From positions 240,001-272,000 of the forward strand of contig CP178758.1 in NCBI GenBank assembly GCA_047651235.1: DNA of 32,000 nt. The letters run 5' to 3'. This document shows, piece after piece, positions 10,259 to 18,684 of the stretch (the first letter of the stretch is position 1; the number at the start of each line of letters is the position of its first letter). The DNA is from Candidatus Electrothrix yaqonensis. Its GTDB lineage: Bacteria > Desulfobacterota > Desulfobulbia > Desulfobulbales > Desulfobulbaceae. Under the pieces are notes generated by a model. It saw only the letters and a list, made by a program, of their open reading frames with translations. It was not told the origin of the DNA and searched no databases. Both the position numbers and the translations under genes were made by a program.

Positions 10259-10276
10259 GTTACAGGAGGTACAGAA

Positions 10277-10987
10277 ATGAAAACCGGAACCCTTATCAGA
10301 GCAGGAATGGCAGTGCTGCTGACAACAGTGACTGTGACGGCAGTACCGTTCAGTCATGCAGCGACCGATACCGGTGCGGCAGATACGCCGCAGAAAAAGG
10401 TCGAAACCGCCGAACAGGATCAGTCTGCAGCGGACAGCAGCTGGAATCCTTGGAACTGGTTCAGGCATGAAGAAAATACCGGAGCAAAAGTTCCGATACA
10501 ACAGGGGGCTGCAAAGGAGGGAGGAAAGGCACTTACCGGTCCGCTGCAGGAATTTCATCATGAAGTCGATCGACTTTTTAATAATATGTTCCGTGACTTT
10601 AATGCATCTTCATTTGATTTTCATCATCCATTTATGCTGCGCACCGCAGACGGCGCGTTTAGGCCCACCCTGGATCTGAGCGCAGGCGACAAGGAATATA
10701 CGGTCACTGTGGAGCTTCCCGGCGCGGACGAGGACGACATCAAGGTCGAACTTGTCGATAATGTTATGACGATCAGCGGTGAGAAGAAACAGGAGAAGGA
10801 AAAAAAAGACAAGGACCATTACCGCCAGGAACGCTATTTCGGTGCATTTCAGCGGGTGCTCACCCTGCCGGAAGATGCTGATCAGGAGGGTATCAAGGCT
10901 AAATTCAAACAGGGTGTACTAACCGTAACCGTACCCAGAAAGCCTATGCCGAAGTCTAAGGTCAAGGAAATCGAAATCCATACCTGA
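10277..10987 (+). CDS. Hsp20/alpha-crystallin family small heat-shock protein with a predicted N-terminal signal peptide
   Basis: 236 aa. The alpha-crystallin domain reads DLSAGDKEYTVTVELPGADEDDIKVELVDNVMTISGEK...RYFGAFQRVLTLPEDADQEGIKAKFKQGVLTVTVPRK. The N-terminus MKTGTLIRAGMAVLLTTVTVTAVPFSHA/A looks like a Sec signal with an AXA-type cleavage site. A strong RBS precedes the start. Confidence 0.85.
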   Translation: MKTGTLIRAGMAVLLTTVTVTAVPFSHAATDTGAADTPQKKVETAEQDQSAADSSWNPWNWFRHEENTGAKVPIQQGAAKEGGKALTGPLQEFHHEVDRLFNNMFRDFNASSFDFHHPFMLRTADGAFRPTLDLSAGDKEYTVTVELPGADEDDIKVELVDNVMTISGEKKQEKEKKDKDHYRQERYFGAFQRVLTLPEDADQEGIKAKFKQGVLTVTVPRKPMPKSKVKEIEIHT

Positions 10988-11217
10988 TCAATCGCGCAGG
11001 CTGCATCCCGGATACAGTGAAACGACTGCGACCCGATCTGTTGACCAGTTATGGCCGCTCGAAATCCCTGTACAGCAGAAAGGAAAAAGCGTTTTGGGCG
11101 GTCGTAATGTATCCACAAGGCAGTCTCACCAACGCCAAGCTGCCAGCGGACCGCTTTCAGATCAAAATCGCAGCAGAGCATTCGGGCGACCTCGCACTCT
11201 GCTGCTGAAGAAAAAAA

Positions 11218-11584
11218 CGGGGCGGACTGTAAGCCGAATTTTGTTCCTGCCGAAGCAGGCCATGATCATTTGACTGGGATGCCGGTCACCCGGCACCTCG
11301 TGCAACCCACCCGGAAACCTTGGACGGGCAGTCCTCAGACGTTTCCCTATTTGGTCTTGCACCCGGCGGGGTTTACCCTGCCCTCCATGTCACCATGAAG
11401 GCGGTGAGCTCTTACCTCACCATTTCAACCTTGCCTGTGAACGGAGCGCCCGTTCCATCGGCGGTGTGTTTTCTGTGGCACTTTCCTCCGGTTACCCGAA
11501 GTTCCTGTTAGGAACCGCTGTGCCCTGTGGTGTTCGGACTTTCCTCTCCGGCATAAAGACCGGAGCGATCATGCGTCCGCCCCG
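11218..11584 (-). ncRNA. rnpB: RNase P RNA, bacterial type A
   Basis: The minus strand contains GAGGAAAGTCCGAAC, CACAGAAAACACACCGCCGATGG, GGTAAGAGCTCACC, GGTAAACCCCGCCGGGTGCAAGACCAAATAGGGA and ACAAAATTCGGCTTACAG. P1 pairs GGGGCGGAC with GTCCGCCCC, and P2 pairs CATGATC with GATCATG. A T-run follows the 3' end. The ends are approximate to within about 5 nt. Confidence 0.93.
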
Positions 11585-11825
11585 AACCTGCCCATGCTCT
11601 TCTATTTTTTCCGAAAAGTCAAACGGTTTTTTTTCGCAGAAGGCGAGAGAAGGGATGCGTTCATCAGGTACTGCTGGTTGCAGACAGGGAGAAGAGCGGA
11701 AAGGAAATCGTTATTCCAATATGTTTAATTAAAAAACAGGCGGGAATCAGTCAGGGTTTGACAACTGCAGATTTTTTCGGCGGTAGCCCTTCGAAAAGAC
11801 GAAAAGCTGCCGCCCCAAGCATCAG

Positions 11826-12257
11826 TTAGAAGAGCTCACAACTCAATGCATTCATTGATTCTTCTTTGCAGAACCTGAATAAATCAGATTCAATTTCCAT
11901 TTCATCGGTAACTCTTATTTTTATATTATTTTTACCTTTTTTGTCTTTGTCGTCAATATTGACTCTCGTTTTCCAACCGTGTTCACGTATTAACCAATTC
12001 GACGGATTAATCTTTAAACCGTCCTTCAGATAATGATGTCCGTTTTCCTCGTAGGTCATTTTTGTCAGTTGTTTTATAAAGACAGGATCAAATTCGTGGG
12101 GTTGATAAGTTAATATACAATCCACTAATGCATCGGCTTCTTTCATACAATCAGCAGAACTGGCTGGATTTGCAGTTAGTATTAATACACCTGTGCCTGC
12201 TGTTATCAATGCCTTTTTGACGAAAGACTGAAATGTCAGACAATTTTTACTCAACAT
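11826..12257 (-). CDS. hypothetical secreted protein (orphan, in an AT-rich islet)
   Basis: 143 aa. The signal-like N-terminus is ...KKALITAGTGVLILTANPASSA/DC. The mature part has 4 Cys and a Lys-rich segment and contains no motif I recognise. The gene and its flanks are visibly AT-richer than the neighbours. Confidence 0.5.
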   Translation of the reverse strand: MLSKNCLTFQSFVKKALITAGTGVLILTANPASSADCMKEADALVDCILTYQPHEFDPVFIKQLTKMTYEENGHHYLKDGLKINPSNWLIREHGWKTRVNIDDKDKKGKNNIKIRVTDEMEIESDLFRFCKEESMNALSCELF

Positions 12258-12731
12258 GTTTTCCTCCTTAGGTTGGTTAGATATAATATATATCCTTTAC
12301 ACCTCTTCTTTTAAGATGATTTATATATCAAATGACATTGAATTGCACTTGTTATTTTTTCTTTTTGCCCGGTTATAACAAAAAATAACGAAATCGTATC
12401 CCAATGCTGCTCAAATTCACTCTTCGGTCTGCGGAGCTTTACCCCTTTCAGCCGGTTCATGTTTCCCATTCCGGCTTCGGTGACGGCTGCACAGTAACAA
12501 GAAAAATTCTATAATTTTATATAAATACATAAGATGGAAATTATCTGTTTTCCGTTCTGAATTGCAGGTAAGAAGGATTACGGAGGAACTGCCGCCCCGT
12601 TCTTCTTCTTTCCTGTTGTCTTTCCGGTGCAATCTATTTATAACGGTCAGCATCACGTAGTAACATCTGTTGAACAAGCCAGTTATTGACCGGACAACTT
12701 CTGCCCGGCCCTTTATTTATATTTTTTACCA

Positions 12732-14681
12732 ATGGAGTTTATGATGTCCCTGAAATTTGATCCTGCGGCGACTGAACTGACTGCCGAAGAAATCGCAACC
12801 CTGAAGGAGATGCGAATCCGCTCTGCCCGACGCATCCTGCTGTCCACCAGCCTGGCTGCTTCCGGTCATCCGGGCGGTTCGCTGTCCTCGCTGGATATGC
12901 TGTTGGTGGCTTACGGTCTGCTCAAACATGATCCGGCCAATCCCCGCATGGCTGGACGTGACCGGATGGTGGAGTCCATCGGTCATATCTCGCCAGGCGT
13001 GTACAGCGTGCTGGCCGAGAACGGCTATTTCAGCGAAGAGGATTTTCTGATCGGCTTCCGTCGTACCGGTTCCGGTTTTCCCGGCCATGTGGAATCCATT
13101 GTGCCGGGTGTGGAATGGGATACCGGCAACTTGGGTCAGGGGTTGTCCATCGCCGTAGGCATGGCCCATGCCTTCAAGATCAAGGGCATGCAAAACCGGG
13201 TGTTCTGCCTGATGGGCGACGGTGAGCAGCAGAAAGGCCAGATCGCCGAGGCCATCCGCCATGCGGTCAAATACAAGCTGGACAACCTGACCGTGCTCAT
13301 TGACCGCAACCGCCTGCAGATCTGCGGCAGCACCGAGGATATTATGCCTCAGTGTATGCAGAAGCTGTACGGCGGCCTGGGATTCAACACGGTGGTTCTG
13401 AAAGACGGCCATGATTATCAGGCTATCTATCAGGCCATGCGGGACGCCTACCGCAATATCAGCGGGGTGCCTACTGTGCTGGTTGCGAAGACCGTCATGG
13501 GCAAGGGGATTTCCTTTATGGAGAACAAGGCCAAATACCACGGTTCACCCCTGCCGCCGGATATGCTGGCAGATGCCTTGGCTGAACTGGGCGTAGAAAA
13601 TGATTTTGCCCAATGGCAGGAGCGGCGCAAGGAGCCGGTCAGCACCAAGACCATCATGCCGCCACGGGCTGATTACCCGGAAGTACAGCCGGGTGAGCCC
13701 ATTGTCTATGCGGCTGATGAGAAGACCGACTGTCGTTCCGGCTACGGCAATGCCCTATTGGGCTTGGCTGAGGCCAATAATCAGGCAGGACAGCCCCCCA
13801 AGATCGTGGGTATATCCTGCGATCTGGAAGGTTCGGTCAAGATGGGCGGCTTCCATAAACATTCGCCGGACGCCTATTTGGAACTGGGCATTCAGGAGCA
13901 TCATGCCGCCGGTACTGCCGGGGCCATGAGCTGCGAGAACTTGGTCACCTTTTTCTCCACCTTCGGTTCCTTTGCCGTGTCCGAGGTCTACAACCAGAAC
14001 CGACTCAATGACTTCAACCACAGCAATGTCAAGGTGGTGGCTACCCATGTAGGGCTGGATGTAGGCGAGGACGGTCCGACCCATCAGTGCATTGATTACC
14101 TGGGCCTGATGAAAAACTACTTCCGTTTTTCCGTGTTCATCCCCTGCGACCCCAACCAGACCGACCGGATCATCCGCTATATCGCCTGCCAGCCGGGCAA
14201 TCATTTTGTCGGCATGGGCCGATCCAAAACCCCGACCATCACCAAGGAAGACGGCTCCGTGTTCTATGATGCCGACTACGTGTTCACACCGGGCAAAGCG
14301 GATTGGCTGCGCCAAGGCCGTGATGCCGTCATCATCACCTACGGTGCGGTGACTCCGGCCTGTATCAAGGCATGGCAGATCCTCAAGGATGCCGGGAAAT
14401 CCGTGGGCCTGCTGAACATGGCCTCGTTGCTGCCCATAGATGCAGAGGCTGTGCTTGAAGCGGCCGAGATCGGCCCGATTGTCACGGTGGAAGATCACCA
14501 TGTGGACACCGGCTTGGGGGCTTCGGTGGCCACGATTCTGCTGGATAACGGACTGGCACCGAAGATGAAGCGGCTTGGCGTGCGCCATTACGGCGGCTCC
14601 GGCAGCCCGGCTGATCTGTACAGGCAGCAGGGACTGGACGGGGAGTCTATTGCCGCGACCGTGCAGGAGCTGATCGGCTAG
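12732..14681 (+). CDS. tkt: transketolase (single polypeptide of the split TktN/TktC-type family)
   Basis: 649 aa with SGHPGGSLSSLDML, GNLGQGLSIAVGMA, the ThDP motif CLMGDGEQQKGQIAEA, QEHHAAGTAGAM, and HVGLDVGEDGPTHQCIDY. Confidence 0.88.
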   Translation: MEFMMSLKFDPAATELTAEEIATLKEMRIRSARRILLSTSLAASGHPGGSLSSLDMLLVAYGLLKHDPANPRMAGRDRMVESIGHISPGVYSVLAENGYFSEEDFLIGFRRTGSGFPGHVESIVPGVEWDTGNLGQGLSIAVGMAHAFKIKGMQNRVFCLMGDGEQQKGQIAEAIRHAVKYKLDNLTVLIDRNRLQICGSTEDIMPQCMQKLYGGLGFNTVVLKDGHDYQAIYQAMRDAYRNISGVPTVLVAKTVMGKGISFMENKAKYHGSPLPPDMLADALAELGVENDFAQWQERRKEPVSTKTIMPPRADYPEVQPGEPIVYAADEKTDCRSGYGNALLGLAEANNQAGQPPKIVGISCDLEGSVKMGGFHKHSPDAYLELGIQEHHAAGTAGAMSCENLVTFFSTFGSFAVSEVYNQNRLNDFNHSNVKVVATHVGLDVGEDGPTHQCIDYLGLMKNYFRFSVFIPCDPNQTDRIIRYIACQPGNHFVGMGRSKTPTITKEDGSVFYDADYVFTPGKADWLRQGRDAVIITYGAVTPACIKAWQILKDAGKSVGLLNMASLLPIDAEAVLEAAEIGPIVTVEDHHVDTGLGASVATILLDNGLAPKMKRLGVRHYGGSGSPADLYRQQGLDGESIAATVQELIG

Positions 14682-14693
14682 ACAGCATCCGAA

Positions 14694-14725
14694 CAGTCAG
14701 GGATGTCGGTAGGCAGCCCTGACTG
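14694..14725 (+). terminator. stem-loop downstream of tkt (possible terminator, no U-tract)
   Basis: A perfect 9-bp stem joins CAGTCAGGG (14694-14702) to CCCTGACTG (14717-14725). Confidence 0.3.
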
Positions 14726-14751
14726 CTGCAGAACCTTTCAGGAAATTGACG

Positions 14752-16482
14752 ATGCATTCAATAAGGGAACAGTTACTTGGCAGTATTTCCTCTGGATTTT
14801 TTTTAGAGGTTGCTTGTCGTGTTTATCTGGAAAACCATGATAAAAAAGAATCAGTTGGTCAGGAAGTTGCTGATCTTCATAATGCAGGAAAGATTGATGC
14901 AATAGCAGAATTCAGGAAGCTCAAGAGTTCAGATCAACAGCATGATTTTTTCATGACCCGACATGTACTGGAGCATGCCCTGCCAAGCATAGAATCCCCG
15001 GTTGCCGCCGTGATGGACTGCGTCAAGCATCTTGTAGAAGAAGCGGGAAATAATATGGCCGCTGGCACACTGATTCCCCCGTTCATCGACTTCTGTGAGG
15101 CAGATGCAGGACGACCTGACGAAGTCCTCTCTGCCGCTTTAAATGAGGTTGATGATACCTTTGACTTCATAACTCCGGCAATTACTGCCGGTTCTAACCT
15201 CCAACTGGAGCAATATGCAAACAAGGCGGTCGAGCTGTGCTCTCACGAAAATATCCTGATCCGCTCCCGAGCTGTTCATGCACTTGGCCGTATAAAATAT
15301 CACGACCGTGAGGAGCTGATTAGTAAATCCTTGCAGGCTATCCAAACGACACTTGAGCAGGATTGCGATGAATACTTGTATGCAGCTATATTGAGATCTA
15401 CTGTTGCACTGTACAAAGCAGATAACAGCACTGAAAAACACGCTATCAAACTTCTACAACATATCCTTCCGCAACAGGATGATATCGTTCTATATGAAGC
15501 AGCTCAATGTCTCTTCTCAAAACTGCCTGCCAGCATGGTTGATCTCCTGCTTAACACCTTGGCTCAAATAAACATTCAACGTATCAATATAATAAGAGAT
15601 ATAGATTTCGGCCTTTGCTCTTTGATCAAGCATGGGATGCGTGAAAAAGTTCTCTTGTTCCTTGAGAAGTTACTTGTTCAGAGAGAGCAGGAATTTTCCA
15701 TTAGGCAATTTGATACACTGAACTTGGCAATTTGTAATAACAAAGAGGGGTATCTCGATTTTCTCATCACCCGCTGGCTGCTCTCCAAGCAAGTGGCCTT
15801 AGGTCGTGCGGCTGCTGATTTACTGGAGAATACGTCAGAGTATGGTACACCTGTTGCGGTTGACCTTGACCAATTGCAGGAATTGCCCGAAGGAATTCGT
15901 GTCTTTCTGGTAAGAAAAGCCTGCGGTTGGTTCTTTCATAAGCCTATAAGTGCGACCAGCTTCATTGTGTCCTTGATTGATACTGCCTCAGGCGATGAAA
16001 TCGAAGAGATAACCGACATCTTGTTTCATCCTCTTTTGATCAACTATTCCGGCTGCGTAAAGGATTATCTTGTCAAAACAGTTGAGGAAGAACCTTCCGA
16101 AAAGGTAAAGCTTGTTATCGATACTGTTCTCGAACAGCTTAAAAACTATCATGAAAGTTTAAATTCATCAATTAGCGAACTGCAACCAACACAAGCACAA
16201 AGAGAGGTTTTTCATCGGTATCAAAGCAGATTATTTGCTGAGTCGTACAAAGTAGCTCAGGAGAATTCAATATTTAATTTGATTACAACTAAGATGTGTA
16301 TATTGTACGGAACTCGTTCTGTTTATTATATTCATCATGGCCCCGGCGACCAAAAGAGCAGGCAGGAAATGGCATTAGCAGAACACAGCCATTATTTTGA
16401 ACTCCCATCTCTCGAACGTATCGATCCGCACGGACTTGATTACACCTTGTATGTTTTTCGCGTAGAAGGATGTGACTCATGA
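14752..16482 (+). CDS. hypothetical large alpha-helical protein with HEAT/PBS-lyase-like repeat(s); first gene of the AT-rich two-gene module
   Basis: The ORF track starts at TTG 14746. ATG 14752 is preceded by AGGA about 8 nt upstream. ENILIRSRAVHALGRIKYHD matches the HEAT_PBS-type repeat pattern. The rest is helical repeat-like, with a short beta-like C-terminal region. The stop overlaps the next start (ATGA at 16479-16482). Confidence 0.7.
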   Translation: MHSIREQLLGSISSGFFLEVACRVYLENHDKKESVGQEVADLHNAGKIDAIAEFRKLKSSDQQHDFFMTRHVLEHALPSIESPVAAVMDCVKHLVEEAGNNMAAGTLIPPFIDFCEADAGRPDEVLSAALNEVDDTFDFITPAITAGSNLQLEQYANKAVELCSHENILIRSRAVHALGRIKYHDREELISKSLQAIQTTLEQDCDEYLYAAILRSTVALYKADNSTEKHAIKLLQHILPQQDDIVLYEAAQCLFSKLPASMVDLLLNTLAQINIQRINIIRDIDFGLCSLIKHGMREKVLLFLEKLLVQREQEFSIRQFDTLNLAICNNKEGYLDFLITRWLLSKQVALGRAAADLLENTSEYGTPVAVDLDQLQELPEGIRVFLVRKACGWFFHKPISATSFIVSLIDTASGDEIEEITDILFHPLLINYSGCVKDYLVKTVEEEPSEKVKLVIDTVLEQLKNYHESLNSSISELQPTQAQREVFHRYQSRLFAESYKVAQENSIFNLITTKMCILYGTRSVYYIHHGPGDQKSRQEMALAEHSHYFELPSLERIDPHGLDYTLYVFRVEGCDS

Positions 16483-18320
16483 AGCTCATTATTCGGGAAT
16501 ATCTCGCCTCGTTACGGGAAAGAAAGGAGCTGGATGCCCTGCTTCCTGATCTGCTTTCCCAAATGGGCTTAGATGTCTTTTCAAAACCGGGCATAGGCAA
16601 TCGGCAATATGGCGTAGATGTCGCTGCCTTTGGCAGTATTGACGATCAACCAGAGAAAGTTTATCTGGTTTCAATTAAGTCAGGAGACTTGGGGAGAAAG
16701 GATTGGAACAGTGGCTCGATTCAGGATCTCCAGCCCTCACTGGATGAAATCCGTGATACCTATATCCCTACACACCTGCCTGCCGAATATAAAAACAAAC
16801 CTATAGAAATAGGAGTTACGCAGTTGGTTTTATAACCCGTTGGTTTTGTTCAACTGACGGTTTAAACCTCCAACAGGAGAACCTATTGTAACAATTGAGC
16901 TTCTTGTTTTCAACTGCGTAACTCCTAAGAAATTTGCATATGCTTTGGAGGCGAACTTAAGCGTCAAATTCATCAACGAGTTTCTTTATACGAAGAAAAA
17001 AACAGCACAGATCAGATCTCTTTCAGCAGATGGGATGGAGAAAAATTAGCAGGATATATTGAAAAATTTCTTCTGCGTGAAGAACTGCTGCCAAAAAATT
17101 GCCGTCGCCTGCTCAGGAAATCCCTGGCCATGCTTGACGAACCGGATGTTTCGCACAGGCATTTTTGCGAGCTGATCAAGCTGCTGGCAGATAATGAGGG
17201 CAAGAAACCGAAAGAAATTCTGACCGCAATGAGGCAGCTCAATTTATGCTTGTGGATTCTTTATACTTGGTGTCGAGAATCGGATAATCTCGAAAGCGCC
17301 TTCCTTTCCGGCGAACGGGCAGTGTTAACGGCTTGGTTCATGGGTAAACCATTCCTTGAAAAGAAAGGCAAAATTTCAACAGCCCTGTTTGAAACATCAG
17401 GCTCCATCTTACTCCTCTACACGCAGATAGCCCATTATTTTCTGGCAAACAAAATCCTTCCTCATACAGGAAAACTGTATGCGATTTCCAGAGCAACAGC
17501 TCCATCTTGTGCTCTGGATGTCAATCTGAAACTCTTTGATCTTCTCGGTAGACTGGCTTTATCTGGGCTTTGGTTATATTGGTGGTTAAATTACTTTCCC
17601 CAGGATAAGGATGATTCGCAGGAAAAGAGAAAAGAAATCCAGCAAGGAATTGCACAATATCAGATTGGTATAAAACAGCTTATAGCAAACAATCCGATCC
17701 TGTTTACTCCATATAAGGACGACCAAGCAATAGACATAGCACTTGCAGCCTTTTTTCTATCCATTGACCAAAGAAACCACGGTAACCTTTATGAGTGGTT
17801 GAACAATATGGTTCATATAATTCATTTCCTTTTTCAGACAAACAGTACCTATCCTTGTAATCTTCATAATTACTATGAACTCTTAGATCACCCGGTACGG
17901 GAAAGGGAAGACTATCAAAAGAATGTCACAAGTGCGAGCGTTCTGTATCCCACCATTGCGGTATTCGCCGCGTTGCTCGGATTTGAAGATATCTATTCAT
18001 CCGTGCAGAAGATCAAATCCGATTTTTTAGAGCATTGCGATTTTCAGTATTGGTACCCAGATGCCAGCTCAGAGGAACATTACTACACGAATGATGCACT
18101 TCATGGTGCTGCATTTCTTGGTGTATATATCGACAAAGATCACAAGAGTTTCTTGGATGACCTATTCAACGAGTGCGAGGAGTCAGCACATTTTCATGAA
18201 TTGAGTGCGATCAAGTATGGGCACTGGCCTCTCCTCCTCCTTGCCTCCAGGCATTACCGACTGCCAATTCCTCTGTATTTTTTGAAGAATCTGAGCGGTT
18301 CAAAAGAGCAGACTGAATGA
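16479..18320 (+). pseudogene. gene for a 572-aa protein (Mrr/PD-(D/E)xK-like N-terminal domain plus a large helical C-terminal domain), interrupted by a MITE
   Basis: ORF 16479..16835 terminates inside the MITE. The same frame is open again from 16929 to 18320 (the track shows only 17130..18320). Deleting 16810..16932 (123 nt) fuses ...EYKNKPIEI to CICFGGELKRQIHQRVSLYEE... in frame. The N-terminal motif is LLPDLLSQMGLDVFSKPGIGNRQYGVDVAAFG-x12-VYLVSIKSGDL. Confidence 0.75.
16810..16927. mobile_element. 118-bp MITE, copy 1 (17-bp perfect terminal inverted repeats, 5-bp TSD AGAAA)
   Basis: TAGGAGTTACGCAGTTG (16810-16826) pairs with CAACTGCGTAACTCCTA (16911-16927). AGAAA flanks both sides (16805-16809 and 16928-16932). 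It is about 90% identical (12 mismatches by hand alignment) to the reverse complement of copy 2. Confidence 0.9.
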
Positions 18321-18386
18321 TTTCAGCTTGTATGCCCGTCTGTAAATAGACACGGAACCGGGGCCGCAATTACCTCCACCAGATGT

Positions 18387-18656
18387 TCATTGCTCAATAT
18401 TTCGGTGGCGCTTGGGATAGGAACGATAATGATGACGAGGTGGTGGAGGTACTGGCACTCTATATCTTCGATCTTTTCGATAACTCCGAGGATAGGAGTA
18501 ACGGTAAGAACGGGGTGCCAGCACAATAACTGCCGGAGCCGGGGCAGGGACGACAACTGCCGGGCTCGGCGCTGGCGACGCAGGAACGACAATGAGTTTT
18601 CTGCTTGTCTCACCAGCGGGATGGGGTATATATTTATTCCGATCTTCCTTTTTCAT
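18387..18656 (-). CDS. possible small Pro-rich / Arg-Tyr-rich low-complexity protein (very uncertain)
   Basis: The 89-aa ORF reads ...VVPASPAPSPAVVVPAPAPAVIVLAPRSYRYSYPRSYRKDRRYRVPVPPPPRHHYRSYPKRHR. It is the only sizeable ORF in a 365-nt gap. It has no clear RBS or signal peptide, and overlapping ORFs exist in other frames. Confidence 0.25.
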   Translation of the reverse strand: MKKEDRNKYIPHPAGETSRKLIVVPASPAPSPAVVVPAPAPAVIVLAPRSYRYSYPRSYRKDRRYRVPVPPPPRHHYRSYPKRHRNIEQ

Positions 18657-18684
18657 CCGCTCAGTTCACCAAAATATAAACGCA

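Noticed and set aside
11162-11732. Three listed ORFs (11162..11362 -, 11320..11511 +, 11466..11732 +)
   Set aside because: All three overlap the RNase P RNA gene. The region is fully explained by rnpB conserved sequence and helices, so they are spurious ORFs.
12726-14588. Long minus-strand ORFs (12726..13541 and 13755..14588)
   Set aside because: They are antisense to the transketolase gene, which has clear family motifs. Their translations are low-complexity and His/Gly/Ala-rich.
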